Origin: Octopus vulgaris
Taxonomy: Eukaryota
Assembly: GCA_951406725.2 (NCBI GenBank)
Contig: OX597836.1
Location: 1,674,001 to 1,738,000, forward strand
Direction: 5' to 3'
DNA: 64,000 nucleotides
The position numbers and the translations under genes are program-made. The notes under the pieces are model-generated. The model saw only the letters and a list, made by a program, of their open reading frames with translations. It ran no database searches and was not told the origin of the DNA. How positions within the stretch are numbered: the first letter of the stretch is position 1; each line of letters starts with the position of its first letter. Shown one piece after another: positions 28,455-43,035 of the stretch.

Positions 28455-28963
28455 GCGTATATCGAATATAGAATACATACACAAACAAGCAAACACACAT
28501 ATACACAGAAACAAATTTGTATGTATACACACACACCCACCCACGTGTGTATGTCTGTGTGTGTGTAAAATATATATATATATATATATAGATATATAGA
28601 TATATATTCTTACATAAATGTGCATACATATATATAAATATATATATACATATATATATATATATATGGATAAGTATAAACATTTATATATATGTATATA
28701 TATGTATATATGTACACACATATACTTATATACACACGCACACATATATATACATATATACTTATACACACACAAATATATATATACATACATACATATA
28801 TACATGCATACACACACACGCATATATATGTATGTATATATAGACGAAGCTCTTCCACATTATACTTCTTATAGTCGCTTTTCTCTCATTAGTACCACCT
28901 TATAGATGTGTCTCCTCTATTCCACACGCATACACAACCATATATACATAATCACACACACGC

Positions 28964-29010
<47 letters not shown>

Positions 29011-30090
29011 CAGTGATCAACATTTCTTTTGAACGATTTCAAACAAAACTTGTTCCTATTTATTCTGTTGCAATAAATTTGCTTATTTTTTTGTATTTAC
29101 TGCTTTTTTGTTATATTTTTAATTCCTTTTTCTGCTGTTTTGTTTTCTTTTGCTTTGGAATATTGATGTTTCTAAATCGATCCTCAATATTTCTGGACCT
29201 TCACGAGTGTAGAAACTTTAGTGTTTTGCACAAACTGGTAGGAAACCATATGTAAATATAATAAAAACAGGTATATAAGATAAATTGCGTGTTCAGTACA
29301 AAATATATATTTATATATACACACACTCACACACGGAGACATGGACACACAGACTCTTAAACACGCACTCATACAAAGATATATAAATACACACACACGC
29401 ACACATGTATACATATACGCATCCATACGCGCATAAGTACCAACAGAAAAGTGTACGCTTGAAATGTGAATGTCTCTCAAGAGTGTAAACTTAATAAACT
29501 CGATTTATTTATAATTTATAAACACACAGACACATGCACACACACGCTCACTGATATATATATATATACACACACATTATGTATGTGTGTGTTTGTGTGT
29601 ATTTGTGTGTCTGTGTGTGTATTGTCATAATTTATAACAAACAGTAAGAGGTTGTCATTATAGTACTCGGAGTATCAGATGTCGGAGTGAAGAGTTGCGA
29701 AGCATTCCGGTCGGCTATTAATAACAACAGACGCTATGAAAAACCTTTGAATTAAAGGGAAGTTACTCTAATAGGTAGAGAAAGTAAAAAGAAACAAAGA
29801 TTAAAAAATACACGCAACCATATTCTCACAACACATTGGCATAAATCTCCTGCGTTCACAACGTATCCATACATACACACTCAGAACGTCTACCTACGTA
29901 CACTCTCACACGAAAAATGGAAGAGAAATTTTCTTATTTATGATGCAGTTAAACTCCAAGAATGTGTTGAAGCTGGTTGGGTCACATGAGATAATGAGGG
30001 GAAAATTACTGAATAACGATACACATGTTGGAGATTATTGAGAATCCGATTGGTAGAGATAGATGTAAATGATACAAATAATATAAGTAA

Positions 30091-30215
30091 GATTAACAGT
30101 GGACCTTGATGCAATTTAAGCGAAGCTTCTCAAAGAAGATCGTCCCTTTGCAACTGCTCAGCTACAGGGAAAGGCTGAAACAGCTAAGACTCTACTCCCT
30201 GGAGCGAAGGGACTA
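30091..30215 (+). mobile_element. CR1/L2-clade LINE RT C-terminal fragment
   Basis: RSFSKKIVPLQLLSYRERLKQLRLYSLERR, the typical LSY.ERL..L.L.SLE.RR motif. Confidence 0.85.
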
Positions 30216-30719
30216 TACGCGTACATATATTCACATTCATATATGAGTGATTATAGACTCACACACACGTGCAAAGATATATCTATCTGTCTATCTATAA
30301 TGAAACATGAGTATATATATAAACAGGTGCATAAATGTATTCAAATACACACACGCATATATATATATATATACATACACACACATATGTATAACCGAAT
30401 AATGAACTATCATGTATATCTCATGTAAGGTAATCGAGATTCGACAATTTGAAATGCAACAAACCCTGTTTCGTTTTAAAATTCGATTTAGTGAAAAGGT
30501 GATTGAAGCAAATTAGATTTCGAAACTCTTGAATATCTGAATGCAATGTTAAATACGAAATTAGGGAGAGGAATAGGATGATAAGCTTTCCTATTCATCC
30601 AAATAAGAACATCATCATCATCGTCGTCGTCATCATTATTATTGTTGTTGTTGTTATTATTATTTTTATTATTACTATTGTTGTTGTTATGTACATCAAC
30701 CCCAGCACTAAAAACACAG

Positions 30720-31025
30720 CTAAAACGGACCTTGATTTGCTGGCTTGGCTGCAGTGAAGAAGTTTTTGTACCCTTTCGTTGGAGGATAAATTCTCAAGAT
30801 TGACGGATGCATCTAGAAGAGCAAAGGAGATAACTTTGCTACAACTTTAGAACTGCGACGCCTAATACTTGGAAAACCTTTAACTTAAAGTCCGTCAGCG
30901 TTACATCTTTCTAGTGTTGTTCTGCAGTTGCGAAACTTGGGCACTGTCCAGCACTTTTAGAGTCCCCCCTGAGCTAATCGCACAAATGGTTTTAGCAGGA
31001 TTAGGGGCTACAGTTAGTTGCTGTT
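30720..31025 (+). mobile_element. RTE-clade LINE RT fragment
   Basis: VLFCSCETWALSST (cf. VLLYGCETWTL); degraded. Confidence 0.6.
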
Positions 31026-31631
31026 TCGTTGGTCGGCTCAACTAGAACACACATCGTCATAACTGACAGACAGACAGAAAGATGGATATGTTTTAGCTGT
31101 CTCCTTTGCCACAAATTATATTAATGCGTTCATTAATAATTTCCCCCCATCGTCTTCTTACACTTATCACGCTAATGTTGAAGCTTCTGTTGCTAATGCA
31201 GTTTTTGCAGCCGTCCTTGTAATTGTTGCATCACTTACTGTTAGTTTTGTTGTTGTTATCTTTAGTGTTGTTCGTCTTTTTATTCTTACGGTAGCCATCG
31301 TTATCTTCTTCAAAACACCATCATCGCGTTCGCCATCGACGCCATTGTTGTCGTCATTGTCGTCTGTTTTTAATACTGTCTACTGTTACATCAAATAACT
31401 TCACAGGTCAACAACGTAAACACAACTTTTAATGTCTCTTATTTAAATCTAATTGTTTATTTATTAAAGACGTGTTTTACCAATTAGAAACATAACTCAT
31501 GAGTTTCAATTTACATTTTTACACTTTCAATATTTTATACACTCACACACATAAAAGCAACCAAGCACATGTCTGATTGTATGTGTGTATGCTTATATTT
31601 ATTCATGTATAGATATGTATGTGTGTATCTG

Positions 31632-31670
<39 letters not shown>

Positions 31671-32146
31671 ATGTATAATACATCGATATATACATAAATA
31701 TAATGCATTAAATTATACATATATATGCACAGGGACATGCTTATACATACACAAATATACATACATACATATATACACACACCTCAATTAGTTATTTATC
31801 GTCTTCGAAAAATCTGATTAAATTTTTAATCTCCGTAGAATAACTTGTAGAATTTCCTGAAACACATGCAAAAACTGGGGTTGGAAGCTGTCGACAAATA
31901 AATAGTTTCGTATCCCGATCTGCATTGTATCCTCTTCTATTCCATGCTCTTACTTTATTAAATATCTTAAACCCCTACGTCTTAATTCCCCATATATATA
32001 TATATATATATATCGCATATTATTCATATTTTGTCGAAAAATATAGATTATTTCCATGCCAATTATCACGTGTTAATATAATATCAATTGAGGCGACCAA
32101 CAGGCAGATGTGTTAAATGGTCCAATACGATTCATTGCAGACATGA

Positions 32147-32505
32147 AGGCGGCGAGCTGGCAGAATCGTTAGGACGCCGGGCGGAATGCTTAGCGGTATT
32201 TCGCCTGCCGTTACGTTCTGGGTTCAAATTCCGCCGAGGTCGACTTTGCCTTTCATACTTTAGTGGTCGATTAAATAAGTACCAGTTACGCACTGGGGTC
32301 TCTATAATCTACTTAATCCGTGTGTCTGTCCTTGTTTGTCCTCTCTGTATTTAGCCACTTGTGGGCAGTAAAGAAATAGTTCTTTCGCCCGTCGATACAT
32401 TCTCAGTTCAAATTCCGCCGAGGTTGACTTTGCCTTTCATCGTTTCGTGGTCGATAATTTAATTACCAACAGAGAATGGGGGTAGATGTAATCGACCAGT
32501 CCCCC
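32147..32505 (+). mobile_element. tRNA-derived SINE family B (Deu/Nin-like central domain) plus a fused second partial copy
   Basis: ggcggcgagctggcagaatcgttag...ggttcaaattccgccgaggtcgactttgcctttcat...aagtaccagttacgcactggggtc...aaagaaata; core repeats at 32400-32505. Domain name is from recall. Confidence 0.88.
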
Positions 32506-32619
32506 ATCCGACAACAACAACATCTTTCAAAGCCTAGGATATTCATTGAATATATAAATTTGGCGGAATCGTTGGCTTCCCGGACGAAATGCTCAGCAGC
32601 ATCTGTTGGTCAACCTGTT

Positions 32620-32832
32620 CAGGCGAACGTTCGGGCCACGGTATCTGGATAATTAACGAAAGTCCTGGCTTGGCAATGTTTCTTTGCGGCGTTACCTGTT
32701 CCTGACAAGGCACGGAAGTGCCGTCTCGCCGACATACCTGAGATGTGGGCAAGACAGGGAAACCGTCTTGCACGCATTCGTGGAGTGTCCGGAGTTATTG
32801 GGACTAACAGCATTTGTCGAACAACTGCTGTC
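32620..32832 (+). mobile_element. Tx1/L1-clade ORF2 C-terminal zinc-finger fragment
   Basis: LAWQCFFAALPVPDK / HGSAVSPTYLRCGQDRETVLHAFVECPELLGLTAFVEQLLS (C..C...ET..H...C motif), frameshifted. Confidence 0.8.
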
Positions 32833-32933
32833 AGTGATGTGAAGAGTACAGCTATCAGCTGAGTCTATCATCGAGATTGTTGTAACTCCTTTCCTTAAAA
32901 TGGACATGGAAGGCTTGTTTTCTATATGAAATA

Positions 32934-33086
32934 AAGAAGCTTGCTTCCCAACCACATGGTTGCGGGTTCAGTCTCACTGCGTGGCACTATGGGCAAGTGT
33001 TTTCTACTATAACCTCGGGCCGACCAAAGCATTGTGAGTGGAATTGGTAGACGGAAACTGAAAGAAGCTCATCGTGTATATATAGT

Positions 33087-33130
<44 letters not shown>

Positions 33131-33360
33131 AGTGAGTGTATTTGTGCGTGTGTATGTCTGTTTGTCATCCCCACCATCGCTTGACAACCGGTGTTCCGTA
33201 TGAATACATCCCCGTAATCTAGCTGTTCGGCAAAAGTAACCGATGGAATAAGAACTAGGTTTACGAAGTGTAATCCTGGCATCGATTTGTTCGACTAAAG
33301 GCGGTGTTCCAGCATGGCCGCACTCAAATGACAGAAACAAGTAAAAAGAATAAAAAAGAA
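32934..33360 (+). mobile_element. SINE family A, full length
   Basis: aagaagcttgcttcccaaccacatggttgcgggttcagtc...ccagcatggccgcactcaaatgacagaaacaagtaaaaagaa. Confidence 0.93.
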
Positions 33361-33369
33361 TATTTATAC

Positions 33370-33415
<46 letters not shown>

Positions 33416-34259
33416 GTATATGTAGTGTATACCCTCTCGTATCTAAAGACATAACGTGGGGGGGGGGATATTTATGATGTCCACTGAAGAATATACAAAG
33501 AGTTCCAGGACAAAACTGACAGCAAAATGGGTAATCATTTAAGAAACACGGTGCTTAGCAATGATATACACACGATAATTTGAAATATGTCTGTTCATAC
33601 TGACAGGGTTGTCCGATAAATCTACAATTCACGGATTACAATTTCTTTTGTTTTTAAACTAACGGTGTGTAAAAAAGACGCCACTTGTGACTATGAAATT
33701 TTAATGTTTAGGGATTAGAATTTTATTGAATAACACGAAATTTTCGAGTAATTCATTTTGTTTTGTTTTTTTTCACCTAAAATCCGTTTATTTTTTTAAC
33801 GCTTAATATTTTAGTTTCTGAAAGTGATCTGGTAAAGTTATACAGACAAGGAAATCGCTCATCTATTGCCGTCAAACACTGGAATATATACTCATACACA
33901 CTGATAAATTCCTTGATTTCTTCCAAATGATAAAAAGAAGACTTGCCTCAACCCGTTACATAAATTGCAAAGACGTTCATCGAAATGGAACCGAAATTTA
34001 TAAGTAAAAGCACTTCTAATGGTAATAGGTTTGATAAAATAATAATAATAAAAAAAAGACGAACAAATTAAAAAAGTAATATTCATTTCAAGGCCTCTTG
34101 AACCTAGCCGCACCGTTTATGAACGAAATTAATCTCGGTGTCGCGTAATATTTCCAAAGCAATTTTTTATATGCAAAAGAAAAAACAAAAAAAAAAAAAC
34201 AGAAATTTTATTTTCTAGGCTTCTCAAACTACAAGAATTCACTTTCTGCATATAAGCAA

Positions 34260-34481
34260 TAATATCGATTTCAAATTTTGGCACTAGGCCGACAATTTGA
34301 GGAAAAGGGATAAGTCGATTATATCGATCACCAATACTCAACTGATGTTTATTTTATCGACTTTGAAAAGACGAAAGGCAAAAACCGACATTGGTGGGAT
34401 TTGAACCCAGAAAGTAAAGAGAAACAAAATGTCGCCAAGCATTTTGTCAGGCATATTAAAAACACTGCGAGTTCGCCTCCT
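34260..34481 (-). mobile_element. SINE family B, diverged
   Basis: ttatcgactttgaaaagacgaaaggcaaaa...ggatttgaacccagaaag...gagttcgcctcc. Confidence 0.75.
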
Positions 34482-35073
34482 TGTATAAATTATATCTTCT
34501 CTGATTTTTATTTAATCTGGTTCGTGTCACCATTTCAAACTCATGAAATAATTTTAATAATATAACAGGTCTGTACAAACATGTCTTGGTCACGGACAGT
34601 ATTTACAAGAATTAGCAAAGAATTTTGTCAGTGAACAGGTCGCGGTTTCAAAGCGACGAAAATATTTTGACAAATTAAATTTAAATGTTGAAATGAATAT
34701 AACGGTTTTTGTGTGTCTCTTAAATGGCTCATAAACACCTTCCACGCTGCAATTGCAAAAGTATAGTGTTACGATAGAATTGCCTTTGTGTATTAAGTGA
34801 ATCGCGAATACAGCGTAGAAAATGTCCTGGTGTTGGGATTCTCACTCTTTGGGCTTTGAATTCATTTCATGTGATACCCAGCCTCATCTTTCATTCTTCT
34901 AGGCTCGACAAAATATTGCTCAATTATAATATTGGAGTCCATTTAATCGAGAATTAGTCTGAGAGAATATGTAAAGGCCTAGACCGATGCAGGAGAACCC
35001 AAACACACCCTTGTTAAGGAACACGCCGATTAAAGTGCATTCTTTTCATATCAATGTTATACTACTGCAACAT

Positions 35074-35116
<43 letters not shown>

Positions 35117-35829
35117 ACACACACACACTGACACACACACACTGACACACACTGTTCTACACTGTTCTAGAAAAGAGAATCAGAGTGTTATTACAAATCT
35201 GGATTTGCTATTAACAACTTGCCGAAAATATTGGAAGATCAAAGACACTTTTTAGAAGTTAGTCGCATACGGCAATGAAGATTATCGAAGTTATCCAGAA
35301 TATGTAGAAAGATCTAGAACAGAATAAGATAAATAACTATTCTGCCAGCAACACAAGTCTGAGGAATTTTGTGGTCAGAAGAATTTCTTAGCCCAAAGTG
35401 AAAGAATTTGACACAAAATCAGAAGCATTAAGAAAACATGGTGGTCAGCTTAGGAATGTAAGAAGATATGGTGAATCGGTTTGCGATGAATAAAGGCAGC
35501 CCGGATGCAATTCTTCGTGCGAGTAGTGTCTGCTGTGCTTGTAATCCTGACCAATATTATAGAATGGGTGTATTTGAAACAACTTATTGTCGTTGGAGAA
35601 TTTTGTAACAGCATACAAGTCATGAACTGTAGAACATTCTTAATGGCTCATTAGAACCTGGAAAGCAGTGGAAGATCGACGCCGTGTTACATCTTAATAC
35701 TCTCAACAACGAAGGAGATAAAGACGAAAGTAAAGAAAAACCTCAGGACGGGATTTTTAAAAGGGGCCAATGACAATAATATACAGGTGGGAATGGAGAA
35801 GGGAAATGAATCCCGAAAAGTATTGGATT

Positions 35830-36023
35830 CAAATTTTGGTACAAGTTCAAGAGAGGGACAAAGCTGAATATATCGACCCCTGTAATAAACTGGTACTTAA
35901 TTAATCGAAAGGATAAAAAGCAAAGTCGACCTCGGCGGAGTTTGAACTCAGAACATAAAGACGGACCGCGTGTCGCTAAGCATTACTGGCCGGCGTGCTA
36001 ACCATTCTGCCAGCTCGCCGCCA
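35830..36023 (-). mobile_element. SINE family B
   Basis: aaagcaaagtcgacctcggcggagtttgaactcagaac...cgtgctaaccattctgccagctcgccgcc. Confidence 0.88.
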
Positions 36024-37339
36024 TCTGAATTCCGAAGGGATATTGCAACATCGAAACAAGAGCGTCATTTTGTGTTGCTGCCGACAGAACGGAAGGTGTA
36101 AAAACACATAAATATGCAATCACGTGAGACTGAAGATTTGAGACATTTTCATATGAACACTAACGCCCTCTACCATTAGACTGACTCTTGTGGGGAATAA
36201 AGTTGCGTTGGACGTTAAATGTTTTATTGAGTCTAGTTGTGATTAACGGGGAAGCACTTAGAAGGAGTGGCTTCTAAAATATTCGTACACACATACACAC
36301 ATAATACACACATGCTCACTCACACACACACACACAAACATACACACACACAGATACACAAACACACAGACACGCACATACATAAACTGATGCTCGCTCA
36401 CACGGGGCTAATGCAGTTTCGCACCTCTCCTTGGAAAATGCATCTTTTGAAATAATTTTTTTCGGATTCCTAAGTTTTAGACGTCGGAGATTACGAATAT
36501 GCAAATTTGTTTTTTTCATTTAACCCCCTCTCCTTCTCCCAATTTAAATTTTTGATATTGTTTGCTCTAAAGAGATTGTAGAGAATTGACGAACATACGC
36601 AAATCGAAATTAAATACAAAAACATTAAAGGGAAAATAATTTGCGTTTTATTTGTGTTTGCCTTAAATAATATATTTGTCAACTAAGTGAGGACGGTGCT
36701 ACTGTTGTTTCTAGCCCAGGAAAACATTCATATCTATCTCTTTATACAAATATCTATATGCTTACTGAATTTAAAATTTTGAAAACGTGGTTTCTGTCAT
36801 ATTCGGAATTTTCATCATCTAAAACACTGGAAAAAACCCCCAAAATCTTGAAAAAGTTCATAATTTTAAATGGGAGTGTGAGGGGTGGGGATTAATGAAA
36901 ATTGTTTTTGAATATTCTTAATCTCCGTCATCTAACACGTATTAATCCGAAAACTTATTTTTGAAAACAATGCATTTTTCAAGGAGAGGTGCGAAACTGC
37001 ATTAGCCCGCTCACACGCACACACAGTTACGCACAGGCACACATAGGCACTCCCACGCACACATACTTCTCTATTACTTGTTACCGTCATAGGGCTATAA
37101 AACTGCCGGGGATCAGCTTTAAGAGGTTTCGTCGAATCGATGCATGCCAGTACTTACATTTTACGCCTGGTCCTCAGCGTATGGATCTCTTTTGTAGAAC
37201 TGCTACGTTGCTGGGGCATATACAAACCCACACCGGTTGCGATGGTGGGATAAATACCAAATGAGAGGCACAACATACAGGTTCTTTCGTGAGAGCAAAG
37301 AAGAACACTCATTCACTCTCTCTGTGCGATTAGACTCGG

Positions 37340-37874
37340 GAAATTTGTGAGGAAGTCATTGACTCAATTTGCTGACATTTCCGATGACTTGCAGGTATGG
37401 ATAAATGGTTGAATGACCAAATCCATGTTTCTCTGCTGGTTCCTCAACAGTTATGATGGGATTTTGCTCCACCAAGGTTTACAGAACGTCCTCGTCGAGC
37501 TCTACAGACGTTCCAGGACAAGGCACATCTTCTAGACTGTAGTTTCTGGCTCAGAATTTCTGGAACCACCATTAACACTGACTTACACTTACTGTCCAAT
37601 ACCCATATACTGCATTGACATTTCTTGCACTTTCTGTTGCATTGGTACTTTATTGAAATCATAAAGCAGAATATGTTGAATATGCTACTTTGTCACTTCC
37701 ATTTTAGCTTTGAAAAAATAACTGTTAAAATCAAACTGCACTCTTCAAAACTGGCACTAAGAATAAGTTCAAGGTAAGATTACTACCTGCTTTTATAGCA
37801 AGTTGATGCAGGTAGTTTGTCCGACTTTTAGTTCATGCAATTGATAAAACCACATTATATATGGGCTGACCCAA
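37340..37874 (-). mobile_element. Mariner 5' half with TIR
   Basis: TIR ttgggtcagcccatatataatg next to TA; minus strand MEVTK*HIQHILLYDFNK; same family as 54361-55498. Confidence 0.88.
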
Positions 37875-37876
37875 TA

Positions 37877-37928
<52 letters not shown>

Positions 37929-37929
37929 C

Positions 37930-37973
<44 letters not shown>

Positions 37974-38012
37974 GTGTGTGCATGTGTGTGTGTGTGTGTG
38001 CATATGTGTCTG

Positions 38013-38062
<50 letters not shown>

Positions 38063-38507
38063 ATTGAATTGGGATTCAATCTGACTTTCCATCCACCGCG
38101 ACCTTCACGTCGAAAAGATGCTCACTACTTGAAACAGGAGTTGCTAAAAAAGAAAAAAAGAACAAAAAAACAAAGATTATATATTTTCAACATGTTTCAG
38201 AAACACATTCCTGCATTCACTGGCAGAAACTAGGATTTGAAAACGTGTGTTTAGAACTATATACGTTCACATGTACGATATATACGTGCAGGCACACACA
38301 ACAATGACAGAAATGTATATAGTGCACAGACATACACACACACACATAATACATGCATGTGTCTACATGCATGCATAAATAACATACATATATATATATA
38401 TACATATATATACATACGCATATACATATATTAACATACATTTGTATGTATGTATGTATGCACGTGTATGCGAGTGTTTATACACAGAAGCATATATCAG
38501 TTATATA

Positions 38508-38548
<41 letters not shown>

Positions 38549-38846
38549 GTGTGTGTGTGTGTGTGTTTGTATGTGTATGTGTGTCTGTATTTCTATCCAT
38601 GTATATATGTGACCCAGTTGGGAGAAATATGCAGGAAAAACTAAAAGAAAAAAAAAAGTCGGAAGAACATACGAGATAAATACGAAGTAGGATTATGGTT
38701 GACATGAGCAACAACCGCAACCACACAACCAGCCTCCACGTAACGATTATGAAACGCTGAGATATGGCATCAGATGTAAATGTAATTTATACAATATGCC
38801 ATGCAAGAACTTTCGGTAGAAAAAAAAAACGCTCAAAGATCTATTA

Positions 38847-38896
<50 letters not shown>

Positions 38897-39665
38897 ACGC
38901 ACACACACATGCTTATACGTATATATGTTTCTTTTTATCTTGCTTCCTCTCTCTCCCTCTCTCCCTCTCTCTCTCTGTCTCATATATATATATATATGTA
39001 TATATATATTATATATATATTATATATATATATATTATATATATATATGTATGTATCTAGTATGTATGTATGTGAATATATGTATTTGTGTGTAGGTGTG
39101 AGTGCGCGGGTGCTAAAATTTTCAAATCACAGAGCGAGTAGACAAGTGTCTTAAAAGGACTCTACAATAGCAAAAACTGTAGAACATTTACAGATTTTAT
39201 GAGTTAGCATATGGATGGTGCCTGTGTTCGAGGTGTGTGCGTGTACAGACCATAGTTAAGTTCAAGATTCGGTAATATTGCGAATAAAAGGTTCAATATT
39301 AGTTGTGTGTATATATGAATTTGTTGCGCAATGCGATAAAAAACCCAAGGCTGTATAGATATTAGAGCATTTATAGATAGAAGGCCTTACAGCTGTTTCT
39401 AGGATATTAATTAATAATAATATCCCTTCATCGAAGACGGTGTGAGGGGAAAAAATACGTCATAGTTGGTTTCGATATGATAAAAAATAGAGAGTAGAGG
39501 TGGAGGAAAGAAAATAGATGTAAGATATGTATAGTTATTGAATTCGTAAATCCGTTTTATAGCCATAATGGTATATATGTGTAATATTCCAATATCTATT
39601 GAGTAAAATCCAAAACTCCAACAGAGTTTAATATGAGTCCATCCAGATATAGAGTTTATAAGCAA

Positions 39666-40065
39666 CTAGCAGCATAGCCCAGTGTTGCCCGGGTATGTAA
39701 GAGCCCCTAGTAGGCAACGACTAATCCCAATCTAGTTCTTTCCCTCTAGGGAATGAAGGCGCATGTGTAGGTTGCAATGTCTTCTCTTCACTCGAATACT
39801 TCTATGTATACGATGTTCCTAGCTGTCTCCCGACAGAAAATGTGTTGCATATAAAAAGCTTAGATTCTCGACCCCATGTCGAATTTATCAATTTTTTTCA
39901 GAACTGGGGGAACTTTTCAAAATTTTCGCTGCGTTAGTTTTGAATTATGACATTGGGCTATGTGTGTGTCAAGTATCATCAGAATCGGTTGAAAGCCGTG
40001 GTCAGGGTGAGGGTACAACCTGACAGACACACAGACAGACAAACTGCCGTTTATATATATAGAGA
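39666..40065 (-). mobile_element. Non-autonomous Helitron (Lep1-like structure)
   Basis: Minus strand a|TCTCTATATATATAAA, (CTGT)n near the 5' end, 3' hairpin cccgggcaacactggg then CTAG|t; A|T target, no TSD. Confidence 0.88.
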
Positions 40066-40493
40066 TGTAAGATTCTCTTAAAGTTGGTCATTCCCAGTAG
40101 GGAATTTATATAGAGTGTAGCAGATTCAAGGTTTGTATTTAAACTGACATAGAAATAAGGAGAGTATTAGTATGGTTAAATTGAAAACAGGAAGAGAGAA
40201 AAGACAAAAAAAAAAACGGTAGGAGAAAGGAAAAGGAGAAGAGAAAGAAAGAATGAAAGAGAAAGAAGAAAGAAGATCCGTAAAAATCTTCTCGGTAAAG
40301 TTTTTTGACTTTTTATCAGCAAAATCTTTACGTTTGGCGGATTCTCAGCTCTTCTGAGAACTGGATAGAACTGGTCAGGTGTGAAAACGATAATAGGGCG
40401 ATGTATGGAGATAAGAAAAAAAGGTTTCGTGGGCAGATACATAGATAGATAAAGAGGGAGAGAGAGAGAAGGAGGATGGAGATGGATACACAT

Positions 40494-40494
<1 letters not shown>

Positions 40495-40565
<71 letters not shown>

Positions 40566-40585
40566 GTAGATAGATAGATAGATTG
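40495..40585. repeat. (GATA)n microsatellite
   Basis: Direct observation. Confidence 0.97.
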
Positions 40586-40601
40586 ATGACACACAGATAG
40601 A

Positions 40602-40760
40602 TCACTTTTGTCCGGTGTGCAAGGATTGGAAACAAGAGGGGTTGATGCAGGAAATCACATTGCTGGATGTTGAAGTGTGGGAGTCGGTGGTATGGAATGA
40701 AGGCTTTTGGTTTCCGGTGAAGACGATGGTGTTAGAAAAGAGGTTTGCAGCCAACGCACA
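40602..40760 (-). mobile_element. Penelope-like element GIY-YIG endonuclease relic
   Basis: Minus strand FSNTIVFTGNQKPSFHTTDSHTSTSSNVISCINPSCFQSLHTGQK, cf. the PLE motif F.C.SSNVIYCI.C..C...YIGQT. Confidence 0.75.
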
Positions 40761-41323
40761 AATATGCTTAGCGCTATTGGCCGATCAAACGCTGCCAATA
40801 GATATGAAAGGATTCTATCATACTAATAATATTTTCTAGACATTCACAGCATCTCTATCTACAGACCCGCTTCATTACTATCTTATTCTGCGATCCTCCC
40901 ACCCACCCGCCCACCTACCAAAGCCATTCAATGTTCAAAAGTTAGTTTTTTATGGATACTTCTTTCAAAATTCCGATTTCGTTACGTAAAACGTTAGAGA
41001 AAGTTGTTCCTTGTAATAAATCTATCTAAAGCCAAATTCTTTCATGGAACTTGAATTTGTATTCCTAATTTACCGTTTTCTTTTTCGAGGATCCGCAAAC
41101 TCTTACATGGACCCCAAGTCCATGAAGAGTGAGACTCATGCTTTTGCTTTTTCTGTGCTCGAAATGATTGAAATGACAAGAAACTTGTATACGATAGACA
41201 AGTCAAACTAAACACGCAGTAACAAATGCACTAAATGCTGAAATCCACGCTTTTATACTGTGCGCAGCATTAAAGGACCAAACGTGAACACAACGTTCGC
41301 TTCAGTGATATGTGTAGGTGTGT

Positions 41324-41700
41324 GAAGACGGCGATCTGGCAGAAACGTTAGCACGCCGGGCGAAATGCTTTGTGGTGTTTCGTCTGTCGTTTCGTTCCCG
41401 AGTCCAAACTCCGCAGAGGTCAACTTTGCCTTTCATCTTTTCGGGGTCGATAAAAGAAGTACCAGTTACGCACAGGGGTCGATGTAATCGTCTTAATCTC
41501 TTTGTCCTTGTTTGTCCCCTGTATGCTTAGCCCCTTGTGGGCAATAAAGAAATAAGAATCGTTAGCAAGACGGGGGAAATGCTAAACAGCATTTCTTCTA
41601 TCTTCAATTTCTGGGTTCAAATTCCGCCGAGGACCGCTTTGCCTTTCATTCTTTGATCGAATTACTCCACTCCCCCAAGCAGAGTTGGCTTTGTGCCAAA
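41324..41700 (+). mobile_element. SINE family B plus a fused older copy
   Basis: ggcgatctggcagaaacgttagcacgccgggcg...gcctttcatcttttcggggtcgata...ccccttgtgggcaataaagaaata, then gaatcgttagc...gggttcaaattccgccgagg. Confidence 0.88.
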
Positions 41701-42667
41701 TTTTCAATCCAGTAGCTGTGTGTGCATTTGTGCGAAGGTGCGCGTGTGTATCTGTGCATGCACGCGGGTGTGCATGTGTGAGTATATGTGTGTGTCAGTG
41801 TGTGCATGCATATAAATCTAGTCGGTTAAATACTCATTTATATGTACATATATACGCATGCATACACATATATATGTGCGTATGTAAGCATATTTATATA
41901 AACGTACTTGCATACATACATGCGTATATGCATACATATCTACATAAACACATGACTATATAAGTTTGTGCTCGTGTGCACGCGTAAAGAGAGAGAGAGA
42001 GAGAGGAGATCACGACAAAGAGATTTGCAAAAAAAAAAATTGAATTAAATTAAATAAAAAAAAAAGACAATATGTAATATGTCAAACGAGAAGACCTGTG
42101 AACACATGACACAACAAAACAACATTGTGAATGTGTCAGAAATGAGTTCAATTCGTAATGACAGATGTAACAATACAAAAAAAAAAAAACAAGAAGAAAA
42201 ACAATAAAATGACAAAGAACACAAACTCTAGAACAGAAAAATAATTAAGAAAGATAACATTGACAAGAATACGCAGCAACAACAATAAGAACAACATGAA
42301 TAAGATAAGGTAAAGAAGAAGATAGGAGAAAAGTTTCGAGATGATAGGAATAAGATTTCACATGGTTGTCTTCCGATATTGGAGGAGAGAAAGAGAGAAA
42401 GAGAGAAAGAGAAAAAGAGAGAAAGAGAGAAAGGGTGAGCGAGATTTAAAAGAAAAACAAATAAAGACAAACAAGAGAAAAATCAAGCTGAATGAACCAT
42501 GGAAAGTGAAGGAAACACATACGAATACACACGCATGCGTACACATATAGAGGACAAGGCACATAAATAAACATGATATAAATATATATATATATACGTA
42601 CATATATACATATGTATATATATATATATATATACATATATACATATCAATATATATATGTATATGC

Positions 42668-42709
<42 letters not shown>

Positions 42710-42728
42710 GTATATATGTACTTATATG

Positions 42729-42790
<62 letters not shown>

Positions 42791-42980
42791 AGAGTGAGAG
42801 ATGTGAACCGTGTATGTGTATAACTATGAATGTATTTGAAATGTAATACAAGATAACCGTTATGTGTGTAGGTTCGAATATGTCTGTGTGTGCATACACA
42901 GACACAGACACACACACATATATATATATATATGTAAATATATGTTTGTGAATAGATTTATGATACATACATCCACGCAT

Positions 42981-43035
<55 letters not shown>

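Noticed and set aside
32147-32240. tRNA genes in the GGTTC-containing segments
   Set aside because: These are SINE heads continuing into SINE bodies; no complete cloverleaf
35420-35620. APE endonuclease relic (LIVVGEF)
   Set aside because: Single weak motif; too decayed to assign
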